Of a stretch of 64,000 bases of DNA, positions 29,275 through 37,702 are shown piece after piece. The position numbers were made by a program, and so were the translations under genes. The first letter of the stretch is position 1; every line of letters begins with the position of its first letter. The DNA comes from Alphaproteobacteria bacterium. GTDB lineage: Bacteria > Pseudomonadota > Alphaproteobacteria > Rs-D84. The stretch spans positions 8,670-72,669 of the forward strand of contig JAIDWS010000035.1 of NCBI GenBank assembly GCA_029059055.1, written 5' to 3'. The notes beneath the pieces were generated by a model. It was given only the letters and a program-made list of their open reading frames with translations, was not told the origin of the DNA and did not search any database.

Positions 29275-29370
29275 AAATAAAAATCCGGTTTTTTATCAGT
29301 ATTCCTGGCGTTTTTGCGACCACATGACATCCAAATGTTCAAAACATGCCTTCGCCATGTTTCAGGAATT

Positions 29371-29444
29371 TGGCAGGGGCAGAAGGAATCGAACCCTCAT
29401 CCGCGGTTTTGGAGACCGATATTCTACCGTTGAACTATGCCCCT
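29371..29444 (-). tRNA. tRNA-Trp (anticodon CCA)
   Basis: Reverse complement AGGGGCATAGTTCAACGGTAGAATATCGGTCTCCAAAACCGCGGATGAGGGTTCGATTCCTTCTGCCCCTGCCA; 74 nt. Confidence 0.85.
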
Positions 29445-29644
29445 GTTTTGTATCAGCGACAAATCAACACACGGCCCCAAACGCCTGTATTTCATCTGTC
29501 CCCCATACCGCTTTACGCCAGTAGTCTGCGCTACAATAGCACAAACATTCCAGAAATCAAGCGGAAAGTATTATAAGACTTTAATCGGTCCAGCGCAAGC
29601 AATTTTTCATTTCCCCCATGCTTTTGACCAATAAAAACATGTAA

Positions 29645-29673
29645 TTGACACACTTTTCGCTTGCGCATATGCT
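29645..29673 (+). promoter_or_regulatory. Sigma70-like promoter TTGACA-17-TATGCT upstream of the virB8-like operon
   Basis: Hexamers at 29645-29650 and 29668-29673. Confidence 0.5.
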
Positions 29674-29716
29674 TATTTTTTGTCTACAATTCCATTAATA
29701 GAAGGGAGAACAGGCC

Positions 29717-30376
29717 GTGGCAGACCGCATAGAGCCGCCGATTTTACTGTCCAGACTGATGACATTCGTCTTTGCCGCCGCGTTGGTGGTGGTGGTCGTA
29801 TTGGTGGTCACACTGGCCAAGATGTTCCCGCTGAACCGGCCCCAGATATTCTTTTTAACGACCCAGCCGCGCGCCGATTTGGAAATCCGGCTGTATCCGA
29901 TGCCGCCCAGCGACGAAAACGTTGATATTTACAAGCGCAGCTTTATCAAGGAATATATCAAGGCCCGCAATGAAATCATCCCGAACGTCGGCGTAATGCG
30001 CCGCAAATGGTCAAATACCGACGACGGCATCGTGAACATGTGGTCAACACCGGATGTGTATGCCACCATGACCCAGACGGATTTATGGACCGCGTACATG
30101 AACGATGTGCCGGACACAGAATTCTATTGCCCGGTGGAATTTGCCCCCAACGCCATTGCCCCGCGTTCAGAAAACACATATGCGGTCAGTTTTACGTATT
30201 TTTGCACAAATAATAATGGACAGACCGATAAAAAAGATTATACAATTGTAATCAGATTGGAATCTGACGAAAACCCGACGATTAAGTGGGGGGACCGCCT
30301 GAATAACCCGTTGGGGATTCGTGTGGCCGAATATACGGTTGAATCCGGAAACGGTGACCCGTTGGACTTTAAATAA
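29717..30376 (+). CDS. virB8: VirB8/TrbF-like bitopic inner-membrane protein (short cytoplasmic tail, one TM, periplasmic domain with C-terminal NPLG motif); GTG start
   Basis: Topology and C-terminal ...RLNNPLGIRVAEYTV (NPxG motif of the VirB8/NTF2-like family). First gene of a 3-gene operon with VirB9/VirB10 homologues. Confidence 0.5.
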   Translation: MADRIEPPILLSRLMTFVFAAALVVVVVLVVTLAKMFPLNRPQIFFLTTQPRADLEIRLYPMPPSDENVDIYKRSFIKEYIKARNEIIPNVGVMRRKWSNTDDGIVNMWSTPDVYATMTQTDLWTAYMNDVPDTEFYCPVEFAPNAIAPRSENTYAVSFTYFCTNNNGQTDKKDYTIVIRLESDENPTIKWGDRLNNPLGIRVAEYTVESGNGDPLDFK

Positions 30377-30415
30377 ACCGGCGCGTCGGACGATATACTA
30401 AGGAAAGGGACCATA

Positions 30416-31954
30416 ATGACTTTTTCAAAAGCATTGAAGTTAAACGTATCCGTAATTTGCCTGGGGGCGTTGTGCTGTGCGGCACCGGCCGGGGCGGCGA
30501 CCGAATACGGGATTCAATCGGCATGGGACAATCCCAACGCCAACATGGCCGCCGGCAGTATTAAGCCCGGATATGCCCAGTTGTCTTGGTCCGCGGGCAA
30601 TGTTTTGCCGATTAAATTGCGCAATGGTATGGTGACAATGGTCACGTTGCCCAACGGCGAACAGATTGCCGACGCCCAGATTGGTAACGCCGGTCTGTTT
30701 GATATCCAGGCGACCCAGGGTGAACGCACCATGTTCATCAGCCCCATGCCGGACAATCTGGGGTCGGATACGAACCTGATTGTGATTGGCAAATCGGGCA
30801 ATGTTTATACTTTTTATCTGCGCAGCGAACCGTCGAATTCCAGTGAAATCACCCATTCCCAGGTGGACGTCGTTCTGGACGGCAACGCCAGTCTGCCGAT
30901 GGCATCGGCCACCGGCACCACATCGGGCGGCATGAATTCTATATTCAAGAAAAAGGCGTCATCGACCGCATCCACTGTTGGTGTTGACGGCGAAGATTAC
31001 GGTTGGATTAAATCGATGAAAATCGACCCGTCGGAATTTCGTTTCGATTTGGATATTTTCGTACCGAACCCGGATGATTACGTCATTGCGCCCGAACGCG
31101 TCTGGCGCGACCGCATCTTTACATACATTGATTTCGGGGACAAAGTCATCGCCATGACCCAGCGTCCGGTTGTATCCCTGTTGGTCGAAGGTGGCGAATC
31201 CCCGGTCGGATTCCGCACCGATGGCGAAGACGGTCGTCTGTTAATTGTCGAAGCGGTTGGCGACATGGTTCTGCGCAGTGGCCAACGCATCGTTTGTATT
31301 AAAAAGCGTGAAAAACCGTTCTTGATTGCGGATACGGCGTCTGTTATGGCATTGGCCGAAGCGAACGTTGCCCAATCCATGTTGTCGGGTCAATCGCTGA
31401 ACAATATTGCGTATAACGCAGACCTGGCCGCGATGAGTGGGTCTGTCAACAATTACACCACGACACCAATGTTTTCGTATAATGGCGCCGCGCCCCAGCA
31501 GATGAACGCCGGCGTATACGGCGGATATTATGCACCCACGGGTTATAATGCACCGGCACCGACATCGGGTGGTGTGACCATGTTGCCGACCGAACGCAAC
31601 ACGGCGGGGGCATATTTGCCGCAAACAAACATTCCGTTAATCACCAGCAACCAAACCGGCGTTGCGGTGGAATTGAAATCCGACACATCGGTCAAGGCTT
31701 TGAATGATTACTGGACGGGCTTGCTGGCGAAATTCAGCGGCGAAGACGGCCAGGGTCTGTTGACACCGTACAAAGACAGCGTGTTCTTTGCGGTCGATGA
31801 ACAGGGTGTCGGCGACCTGGGGGCGGATTCATCAACGGCGCGCCTGTACCGTTTGCGCATCGGGCCGATGTCCGACATTGACACCGCCCAGCGTCTGTGT
31901 GACCAGATGTTGAAATTCAGCGGCACCAGTTGCCACGTTGTGCGCATTCAGTAA
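30416..31954 (+). CDS. virB9: VirB9/TrbG/CagX-like protein with a low-complexity linker and a C-terminal SPOR-like domain
   Basis: Signal peptide; N-terminal domain ...TNLIVIGKSGNVYTFYLRS; C-terminal beta-sandwich ...GDMVLRSGQRIVCIKKRE. Terminal RLRIGPMSDIDTAQRLCDQMLKFSGTSCHVVRIQ resembles the FtsN SPOR domain (RVVIGPVKGKENADSTLNRLKMAGHTNCIRL). Confidence 0.7.
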   Translation: MTFSKALKLNVSVICLGALCCAAPAGAATEYGIQSAWDNPNANMAAGSIKPGYAQLSWSAGNVLPIKLRNGMVTMVTLPNGEQIADAQIGNAGLFDIQATQGERTMFISPMPDNLGSDTNLIVIGKSGNVYTFYLRSEPSNSSEITHSQVDVVLDGNASLPMASATGTTSGGMNSIFKKKASSTASTVGVDGEDYGWIKSMKIDPSEFRFDLDIFVPNPDDYVIAPERVWRDRIFTYIDFGDKVIAMTQRPVVSLLVEGGESPVGFRTDGEDGRLLIVEAVGDMVLRSGQRIVCIKKREKPFLIADTASVMALAEANVAQSMLSGQSLNNIAYNADLAAMSGSVNNYTTTPMFSYNGAAPQQMNAGVYGGYYAPTGYNAPAPTSGGVTMLPTERNTAGAYLPQTNIPLITSNQTGVAVELKSDTSVKALNDYWTGLLAKFSGEDGQGLLTPYKDSVFFAVDEQGVGDLGADSSTARLYRLRIGPMSDIDTAQRLCDQMLKFSGTSCHVVRIQ

Positions 31955-32000
31955 TCAGTTGGGGGGACCGCATACACATGCGGCGGGTAACGGGTAACAG

Positions 32001-34436
32001 ATGAATAAGATAGCCAAACAATTTTCCGACCTGCGTCAGACAACGCCAAAGCATATCCAGTGGTTACTGTTGGTGGCGGCGTTTATCGTTGTGTTGATTT
32101 TGTTGACACTGTTGCTGCGGGGGCGCGCGGATAAATCCGACGCCGTAACATTGCCCGACGATGAAAATTTGACATTGACGATTGACCCCGACAGCGTGGA
32201 TTGGGCCACCACCACCGTCGGCACGAAAAAGACGCAAAAAATCACCATATCCACCACCGGTGCGGTAAAAATTGTGGCGGTACGTCTGTCCCGCGAAGTG
32301 GCGGGATTATCCACCCCCAAAACGACATGCACCAACATGGGTGAAATCAATGACAAGATTTCATGTACAATCAACCTGACCTATGAACCGACGGTCCCGA
32401 TGGATACAACGGGGGTATCGCTGTTTGTGGATTGGCGTGGCGTGGACGCCCCCGACGGCATGACGCGCGCGGAAAAAATCCCGATGGCGCTGGGGGCGGT
32501 GTCGCCCACCCCGGTGATTCAACCGGCGACAAAACCGGAACCGGCGATCATTGAACCGACCCCGGAACCGACGCCTGTGGTCATGCCGGAACCCGAACCC
32601 AAACGTTCCGAACCGAAACAGGAAATCCAACGTGACATCGCAACCATCGCGCCCCCTGTGCCGATGATTGATTCCAAATCGGAACCGACACCGACGGTGA
32701 CCAGTGCGCCGGCCATCGCCACCCCGGTTTCAGACAACGCCCCCATCCCGACGGATGGCTGTTCGGATTTTTCATTCCCGGGATATAACACATCGGGTCA
32801 ACAGATTGGGTGGATAAAACCGGACCGCGGTGCGTATTATTTCTATCCATTTTCGGACCGCGAATGCAAAAACGCCACCGGCAAATATAATCCCGACAAC
32901 GGTATTATCACGGCCATCAACAATCCGGCCCAGAAAATCGGAACAGACGCCGAACATATCGGATACACAACAATATCCAATGGTTCGGTACCGCAATTGT
33001 CGAACCCGGCGGACACCCGAAATGTTAATCGGGCGCGCCAACTGACCAGTGCTGAATTGACCCAATCCATGGGCGGTGGCATGGGCGCGGCCCGCGTTAA
33101 TTTGAACCCGGCCCCGGCATCGGATATTTTATATACGACATCCGACACAAATGTTATTCCATCAACCCAGCCGTATGACCGGTCGTTCATCCTGCGCCAA
33201 TATAAACCGATTCCGGCCACCATCGTATCTGATGTGCGCGCCGACGCCACATTGATTAATGGCCAACAATTCTTGCCTGTGCGCGCAACGGTTGACCGCA
33301 ATGTGTATTCGGACAACGGCCGTACGGTTATTATCCCGACCGGGACATTGATGTTGGGGTATGTCACCGGCGAAGTGCCCGGCCCATACAAGACCATTGG
33401 TCGCATGGAAATCAAATGGTACCAGTTTGTTTTGCCCAACGGCGTTGAATTTAATTTCGGCGGCGCGACCGATCCGTTTTCCGGTGATGCCCAGGGGCGT
33501 ATTGGCGTTCCCGGCCGGGGCAGTACGGATTATCTGGAACAATTTGTGATGCCCATGCTGACGGCGATTGTACCGGCGGCGGTCAACATGATTGCGCCCA
33601 TTGCGGATAAATTTGTGAACCAAATTGATTTGGATAACAATACGGTTGTGCAATCCGGCACGGTCCGTTCATCCGAATTGGCGAAAAATGAAATCATCAC
33701 GGCCTGGAACCAGGTGGCCCAGAAATTAATGGTCGACATGATGGACAACACCACACCGCCATTTACCATTGCGGCCGGGACACGCATTACGGTTTATTCG
33801 CCCCAGGATTTGGCGGTGGTCTGCATGGATGATTCCAAGAAATGTTCGTTACAACATTTAATGCAAAAATCCCCGACGGGTAACTCTGCGCGTGCGACCC
33901 CATCGCCTAATATCACATATAATCCCAATGACGGTTCATGGGTTGGCCAGGCACGTTCATTTAACATGGATCAATATTGCAAACAAAATGCGAACAAGGT
34001 TTGGGAAGTAGACAGTTCGCTGGCGGCACAAATCACCCAAGATTCCGGGTATTCATACAGCACCGTGGTTGCGTATTGCCAATCCAAGAATTACCAGGCC
34101 ATTAATAATGCCAGACAAGATGCCCTGTTCCAGAACCAGCAACAGACATTTGGCCAGAATGTAACATCCAGTTCCACAAATCTGACGGGGATATCTGGTG
34201 ATACCACATATAACCAGGAAATCTTGGGCTTGAAATATAACGACAATGGCACTATACAAAATCCGTTCCAGCAATTACCGGTTGAAACACCGCCGGCGCC
34301 CACCCTTACATGTGAAGATGGGACCAACCCGGATGCCAACGGTTGCTGTACCGGGGAAATCTATACCGACATGGGCGACCAGGGATTTAACTGTTGCCCG
34401 GAAACCGGTGGCGATTGTTTCCCGCCGATATTATAA
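32001..34436 (+). CDS. virB10: VirB10/TrbI-like protein (N-terminal TM, Pro-rich linker, VirB10 beta-barrel domain) with a ~250-aa Cys-rich C-terminal extension
   Basis: Pro-rich PTPEPTPVVMPEPEPK. VirB10 domain: IPATIVSDVRADATL..VRATVDRNVYSDNGRTVIIPTGTLMLGYV..RMEIKWYQFVLPNGVEFNF..GDAQGRIGV..TIAAGTRITVYSPQDLAV. Extension ends CCTGEIYTDMGDQGFNCCPETGGDCFPPIL. Confidence 0.75.
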   Translation: MNKIAKQFSDLRQTTPKHIQWLLLVAAFIVVLILLTLLLRGRADKSDAVTLPDDENLTLTIDPDSVDWATTTVGTKKTQKITISTTGAVKIVAVRLSREVAGLSTPKTTCTNMGEINDKISCTINLTYEPTVPMDTTGVSLFVDWRGVDAPDGMTRAEKIPMALGAVSPTPVIQPATKPEPAIIEPTPEPTPVVMPEPEPKRSEPKQEIQRDIATIAPPVPMIDSKSEPTPTVTSAPAIATPVSDNAPIPTDGCSDFSFPGYNTSGQQIGWIKPDRGAYYFYPFSDRECKNATGKYNPDNGIITAINNPAQKIGTDAEHIGYTTISNGSVPQLSNPADTRNVNRARQLTSAELTQSMGGGMGAARVNLNPAPASDILYTTSDTNVIPSTQPYDRSFILRQYKPIPATIVSDVRADATLINGQQFLPVRATVDRNVYSDNGRTVIIPTGTLMLGYVTGEVPGPYKTIGRMEIKWYQFVLPNGVEFNFGGATDPFSGDAQGRIGVPGRGSTDYLEQFVMPMLTAIVPAAVNMIAPIADKFVNQIDLDNNTVVQSGTVRSSELAKNEIITAWNQVAQKLMVDMMDNTTPPFTIAAGTRITVYSPQDLAVVCMDDSKKCSLQHLMQKSPTGNSARATPSPNITYNPNDGSWVGQARSFNMDQYCKQNANKVWEVDSSLAAQITQDSGYSYSTVVAYCQSKNYQAINNARQDALFQNQQQTFGQNVTSSSTNLTGISGDTTYNQEILGLKYNDNGTIQNPFQQLPVETPPAPTLTCEDGTNPDANGCCTGEIYTDMGDQGFNCCPETGGDCFPPIL

Positions 34437-34437
34437 G

Positions 34438-34463
34438 CCCGCATCATGCGGGTTTATTTTTAT
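34438..34463 (+). terminator. Rho-independent terminator (cccgcatcatgcggg with T-run) ending the virB-like operon
   Basis: Hairpin with T-run immediately after the stop codon. Confidence 0.6.
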
Positions 34464-34696
34464 CACTTTTTAAAACCGCAATTTTTTGGGGCGCACTGAT
34501 ACGCCCCAAATTCTGCGTCAATCACATGGTGAACCGGGCGGCATCGCAATGCGATTCGAACAGCCAAAAATAAAACCGCCCAGCGAATCAGATTTCCGAT
34601 TTGCACTTCAACCGTTGGTTGTAACATTTTACAGGAAACAATTCATATTTTATATATAAAAAGTCCGCAATATTTTATCAACAAGGAGAGTGAAAA

Positions 34697-35044
34697 ATGA
34701 CACAACAAACCATGCAGACATCCATCCCGGCCGAAAAGTTTCAAAGTGCGGAACAACTGTGGTTTTGGTTTTTGTACGCGCGCAGCGTACGCAATGGGTT
34801 TGTCCGGGGCCACATGTCGTCCCAGCGTCGCGTATGCGAATTGCTGGACGTGGAAACATTGGTAACGAAACTGTATTTGGCGGGTCGGTTATCCGACGCG
34901 CAACTGGCCGTCATGAAAGAATTTGGCGACCGGCGCCGCGCCCCGCACCAGCACATCTGGGCAGAAAATAAAAAGGCTGAATTATGGCGCACCGCCATGT
35001 CGGTTTTAAATGCTGCGGCGACCGCACGTGGTTGGATTGAATAA
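34697..35044 (+). CDS. Hypothetical protein (115 aa)
   Basis: RBS caaggagag; no recognisable motif. Confidence 0.35.
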   Translation: MTQQTMQTSIPAEKFQSAEQLWFWFLYARSVRNGFVRGHMSSQRRVCELLDVETLVTKLYLAGRLSDAQLAVMKEFGDRRRAPHQHIWAENKKAELWRTAMSVLNAAATARGWIE

Positions 35045-35066
35045 CATACCGGGGGAAAACCAAGTC

Positions 35067-35414
35067 ATGATTATCATTGCATTTGCCCAAACCACATCCC
35101 GGATATGGCCACGCATCGTTTGTCGACATTTCCGCCACAGTGCCGTTATCGTCCCCCATGGGGATAAATTGGTATTGTATCAATTCACACGCCGGGGCAT
35201 GGTCAACACATTGACCATCAGCCCACGTGACATTCAAATCTTGGGACGGCATGGCTGGGCGTTTATCTATCTGCCGGGCAATCTGGCATCAGATTTCTGT
35301 GGCACCGATGCCCGCACATGCGTTGATATGGCCAAACGCGCCGCGGGGATTCGTGCCCCATGGGTTCAAACACCACTGGCATTGTATAAATATCTGATGC
35401 GCCGCACATTGTAA
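35067..35414 (+). CDS. Hypothetical protein (115 aa from the SD-supported start MIIIAF...)
   Basis: SD gggggaaaacc; conserved Cys/His positions but no confident family. Confidence 0.3.
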   Translation: MIIIAFAQTTSRIWPRIVCRHFRHSAVIVPHGDKLVLYQFTRRGMVNTLTISPRDIQILGRHGWAFIYLPGNLASDFCGTDARTCVDMAKRAAGIRAPWVQTPLALYKYLMRRTL

Positions 35415-35423
35415 CACCGGATA

Positions 35424-35455
35424 TAAAAAATCCCCCGTTCGGGGGGATTTTTATT
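35424..35455. terminator. Bidirectional terminator aaaaaatcccccgttcggggggattttt
   Basis: Between convergent genes; overlaps the yidC stop. Confidence 0.5.
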
Positions 35456-37037
35456 TCCGGGTGGACCGTTTAATGATGTACATCTGGCCGATACCAAACA
35501 AATTCGACACCGTCCAATACAACACCAGTCCCGCCGGCATCCATGCAAACATCACGGTGAACAATACCGGCATCCATTTCATCATGCGCTGTGTCTGGGC
35601 GGCGACATCATTTCCGGTGGTGGCACCGCCGGATTGCAAACGCTGTTGCCACCACATTGTCGCCCCCATCAGCACCGGCAGAATAAAGTACGGGTCCATC
35701 ACCGCCAAATCCGAAATCCACAGGAATTGCGCACTGCGCATCTGGACCGAAATCAATAACGCTTTGTACAATGCAAAGAAAATCGGAATCTGAATCAGCA
35801 TCGGCAGACATCCCGACATCGGCGACGTCTTGTGCGTTTGATACAGACGCATCATTTCCATCTGCATGCGCGGTTTATCATTGGCGTACAGCTTTTGAAT
35901 ACGGGCCATTTCCGGCTGCATTTTTTGCATGGCCATCATCGACGTATACGATTTGCGTGTCAACGGCCACAAAATCCCGCGCAACGCCAGCGTCAGCAAA
36001 ATAATCGCCACGCCATAATTCATCACAATCCCATACAGCCCGTTTAACGCCCACAGCATTGGCCGTGCCAAGAACCAAAACCAACCGTAATCCATTGTTT
36101 TATCCACACCCGGAATAACTGTTGCGGCCGCGGACAAGATACGCTGTTCGCGCGGACCGGCATACAAATGCGTGGTTATCGTTTCGGTTTGACCGTTGGC
36201 CACCTGGCGCGGGCCGGCGGCGGCATCCACCTGGAACCGGGCAACGTCGTAATTGTCATCCAATTTTTTCATCCGGATGGTTTGATCGGGTGAATCAATG
36301 GCGACAAAGGTTTCCCAGTATTGGTCCGCAAATCCGACAAATCCGTTTGTTGTCGTATACGCATACGCCCGGCGGTCCAAATCGCGCCAATCTTCGCGTT
36401 CGATATCGGAATTAATGTACGCCATGGCGCCGGTGAACACACCGGCCGACGATTTATCCGCATTATCGCGCACAATGCGTGCATACGGGGCAATGCTGAT
36501 GTCGCGCCCGCTGTTGTTTGTAATTTCATCTGTAACGGTAATGATATAATTATCGCCGGACACCGTACGCCGATATGAAACGCCATCGGCGTTACGCCAT
36601 GTCATGATACCACTCGTCCCATCCACACGCCATGCGGTATTGGCCGCCGGCGCCGTGGTGCCGGTCGCCAACAATCCGATTTCTGCGAAATCCGCATCAC
36701 CGTTCAACAACGTGACCGGCCCGTCTGTTTCAGATTTCTTGGATTTGGCAAAATCCTTTAACTGAATCCGATTGATGCGCAGTCCCTGGACCCGGGCGTC
36801 AATCACATCGGTGGATTCATTAAAACTGGGAACCGCCGACATATCAACGGCCGGTGCCGGGGTGGCGACAACATCAGTATGCTTTTTCGGGCCGAACCAG
36901 ACGGACACCAACCACCACGAAATCAAAAACAAAATAATCCACCACAGAACACCGGAAAAGCGCGGCTTTTTCACCGCCGCGCTGTTATTTGCGTTCCATT
37001 GGTTGAAACCAGAATTTTTATCCAAGAACTTTACCAT
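35451..37037 (-). CDS. yidC: Membrane protein insertase YidC
   Basis: Large periplasmic domain then 5 TMs; C-terminal ...GLVLYWTVSNLFGIGQMYIIKR. Confidence 0.85.
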   Translation of the reverse strand: MVKFLDKNSGFNQWNANNSAAVKKPRFSGVLWWIILFLISWWLVSVWFGPKKHTDVVATPAPAVDMSAVPSFNESTDVIDARVQGLRINRIQLKDFAKSKKSETDGPVTLLNGDADFAEIGLLATGTTAPAANTAWRVDGTSGIMTWRNADGVSYRRTVSGDNYIITVTDEITNNSGRDISIAPYARIVRDNADKSSAGVFTGAMAYINSDIEREDWRDLDRRAYAYTTTNGFVGFADQYWETFVAIDSPDQTIRMKKLDDNYDVARFQVDAAAGPRQVANGQTETITTHLYAGPREQRILSAAATVIPGVDKTMDYGWFWFLARPMLWALNGLYGIVMNYGVAIILLTLALRGILWPLTRKSYTSMMAMQKMQPEMARIQKLYANDKPRMQMEMMRLYQTHKTSPMSGCLPMLIQIPIFFALYKALLISVQMRSAQFLWISDLAVMDPYFILPVLMGATMWWQQRLQSGGATTGNDVAAQTQRMMKWMPVLFTVMFAWMPAGLVLYWTVSNLFGIGQMYIIKRSTRK

Positions 37038-37039
37038 AA

Positions 37040-37582
37040 TTATTTATCACCCTTTGTTTGACAGGCCGCCATACACCGCCGTCTGTTCAGATACCAGTTC
37101 AGTATATATAATCCGACGCCAACCGCAATACAAGTGTCGGCCACATTAAACGCCGGCCAGTGAATTCCACCGATATGAAAATCCAAGAAATCAATCACCG
37201 CCCCAAAACGCACACGGTCAATCAGATTGCCAATCGCCCCGCCCATAATCAGCGCCAACGGCACCCGTTCATACGGGCATGCGCGGCAAAACAAATAATG
37301 CCCGATAAATCCGACAATCGCCCCGGTAAAGATAACGATGACGATTGGTGCCGCTTCGCCCAGGCCGCGAAACAGTGAAAACGACGCGCCCGGATTCCAT
37401 GTAAACACCACGTTAAAGAAATTCGTCACCTGGTCCATCAGATACGGCACCGGCACCAAATCCCATGCCCCGCCAAACACCGGCACGCCCCCCGTCAACA
37501 GGTATAATAAATACCCCTTGGACAGTTGGTCCAGAACGATAACGCCCAAAATAATTGCCAAATATGTGAATATCTTTTTCAT
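37040..37582 (-). CDS. lspA: Lipoprotein signal peptidase II
   Basis: ...FNVVFTWNPGASF..., ...WPAFNVADTCI...; start MKKIFTYLAI. Confidence 0.8.
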   Translation of the reverse strand: MKKIFTYLAIILGVIVLDQLSKGYLLYLLTGGVPVFGGAWDLVPVPYLMDQVTNFFNVVFTWNPGASFSLFRGLGEAAPIVIVIFTGAIVGFIGHYLFCRACPYERVPLALIMGGAIGNLIDRVRFGAVIDFLDFHIGGIHWPAFNVADTCIAVGVGLYILNWYLNRRRCMAACQTKGDK

Positions 37583-37702
37583 ATGCTTTCCCCGTTTTGC
37601 GCAATATAGCAATTCGCCCCCGCAAAAGCAAATAAAATGTCCCCCATGGCGTTATAAAACCATGGGGAACAATTCCTGGGGAGCCGGCGGCGCCGGGCGA
37701 TA

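Noticed and set aside
29371-29716. tRNA-Trp as the integration site of the virB8/9/10 genes (ICE-style)
   Set aside because: The tRNA is on the minus strand, so its 3' end faces secE, away from the virB-like genes. No direct repeat of the tRNA 3' end was seen flanking the operon.
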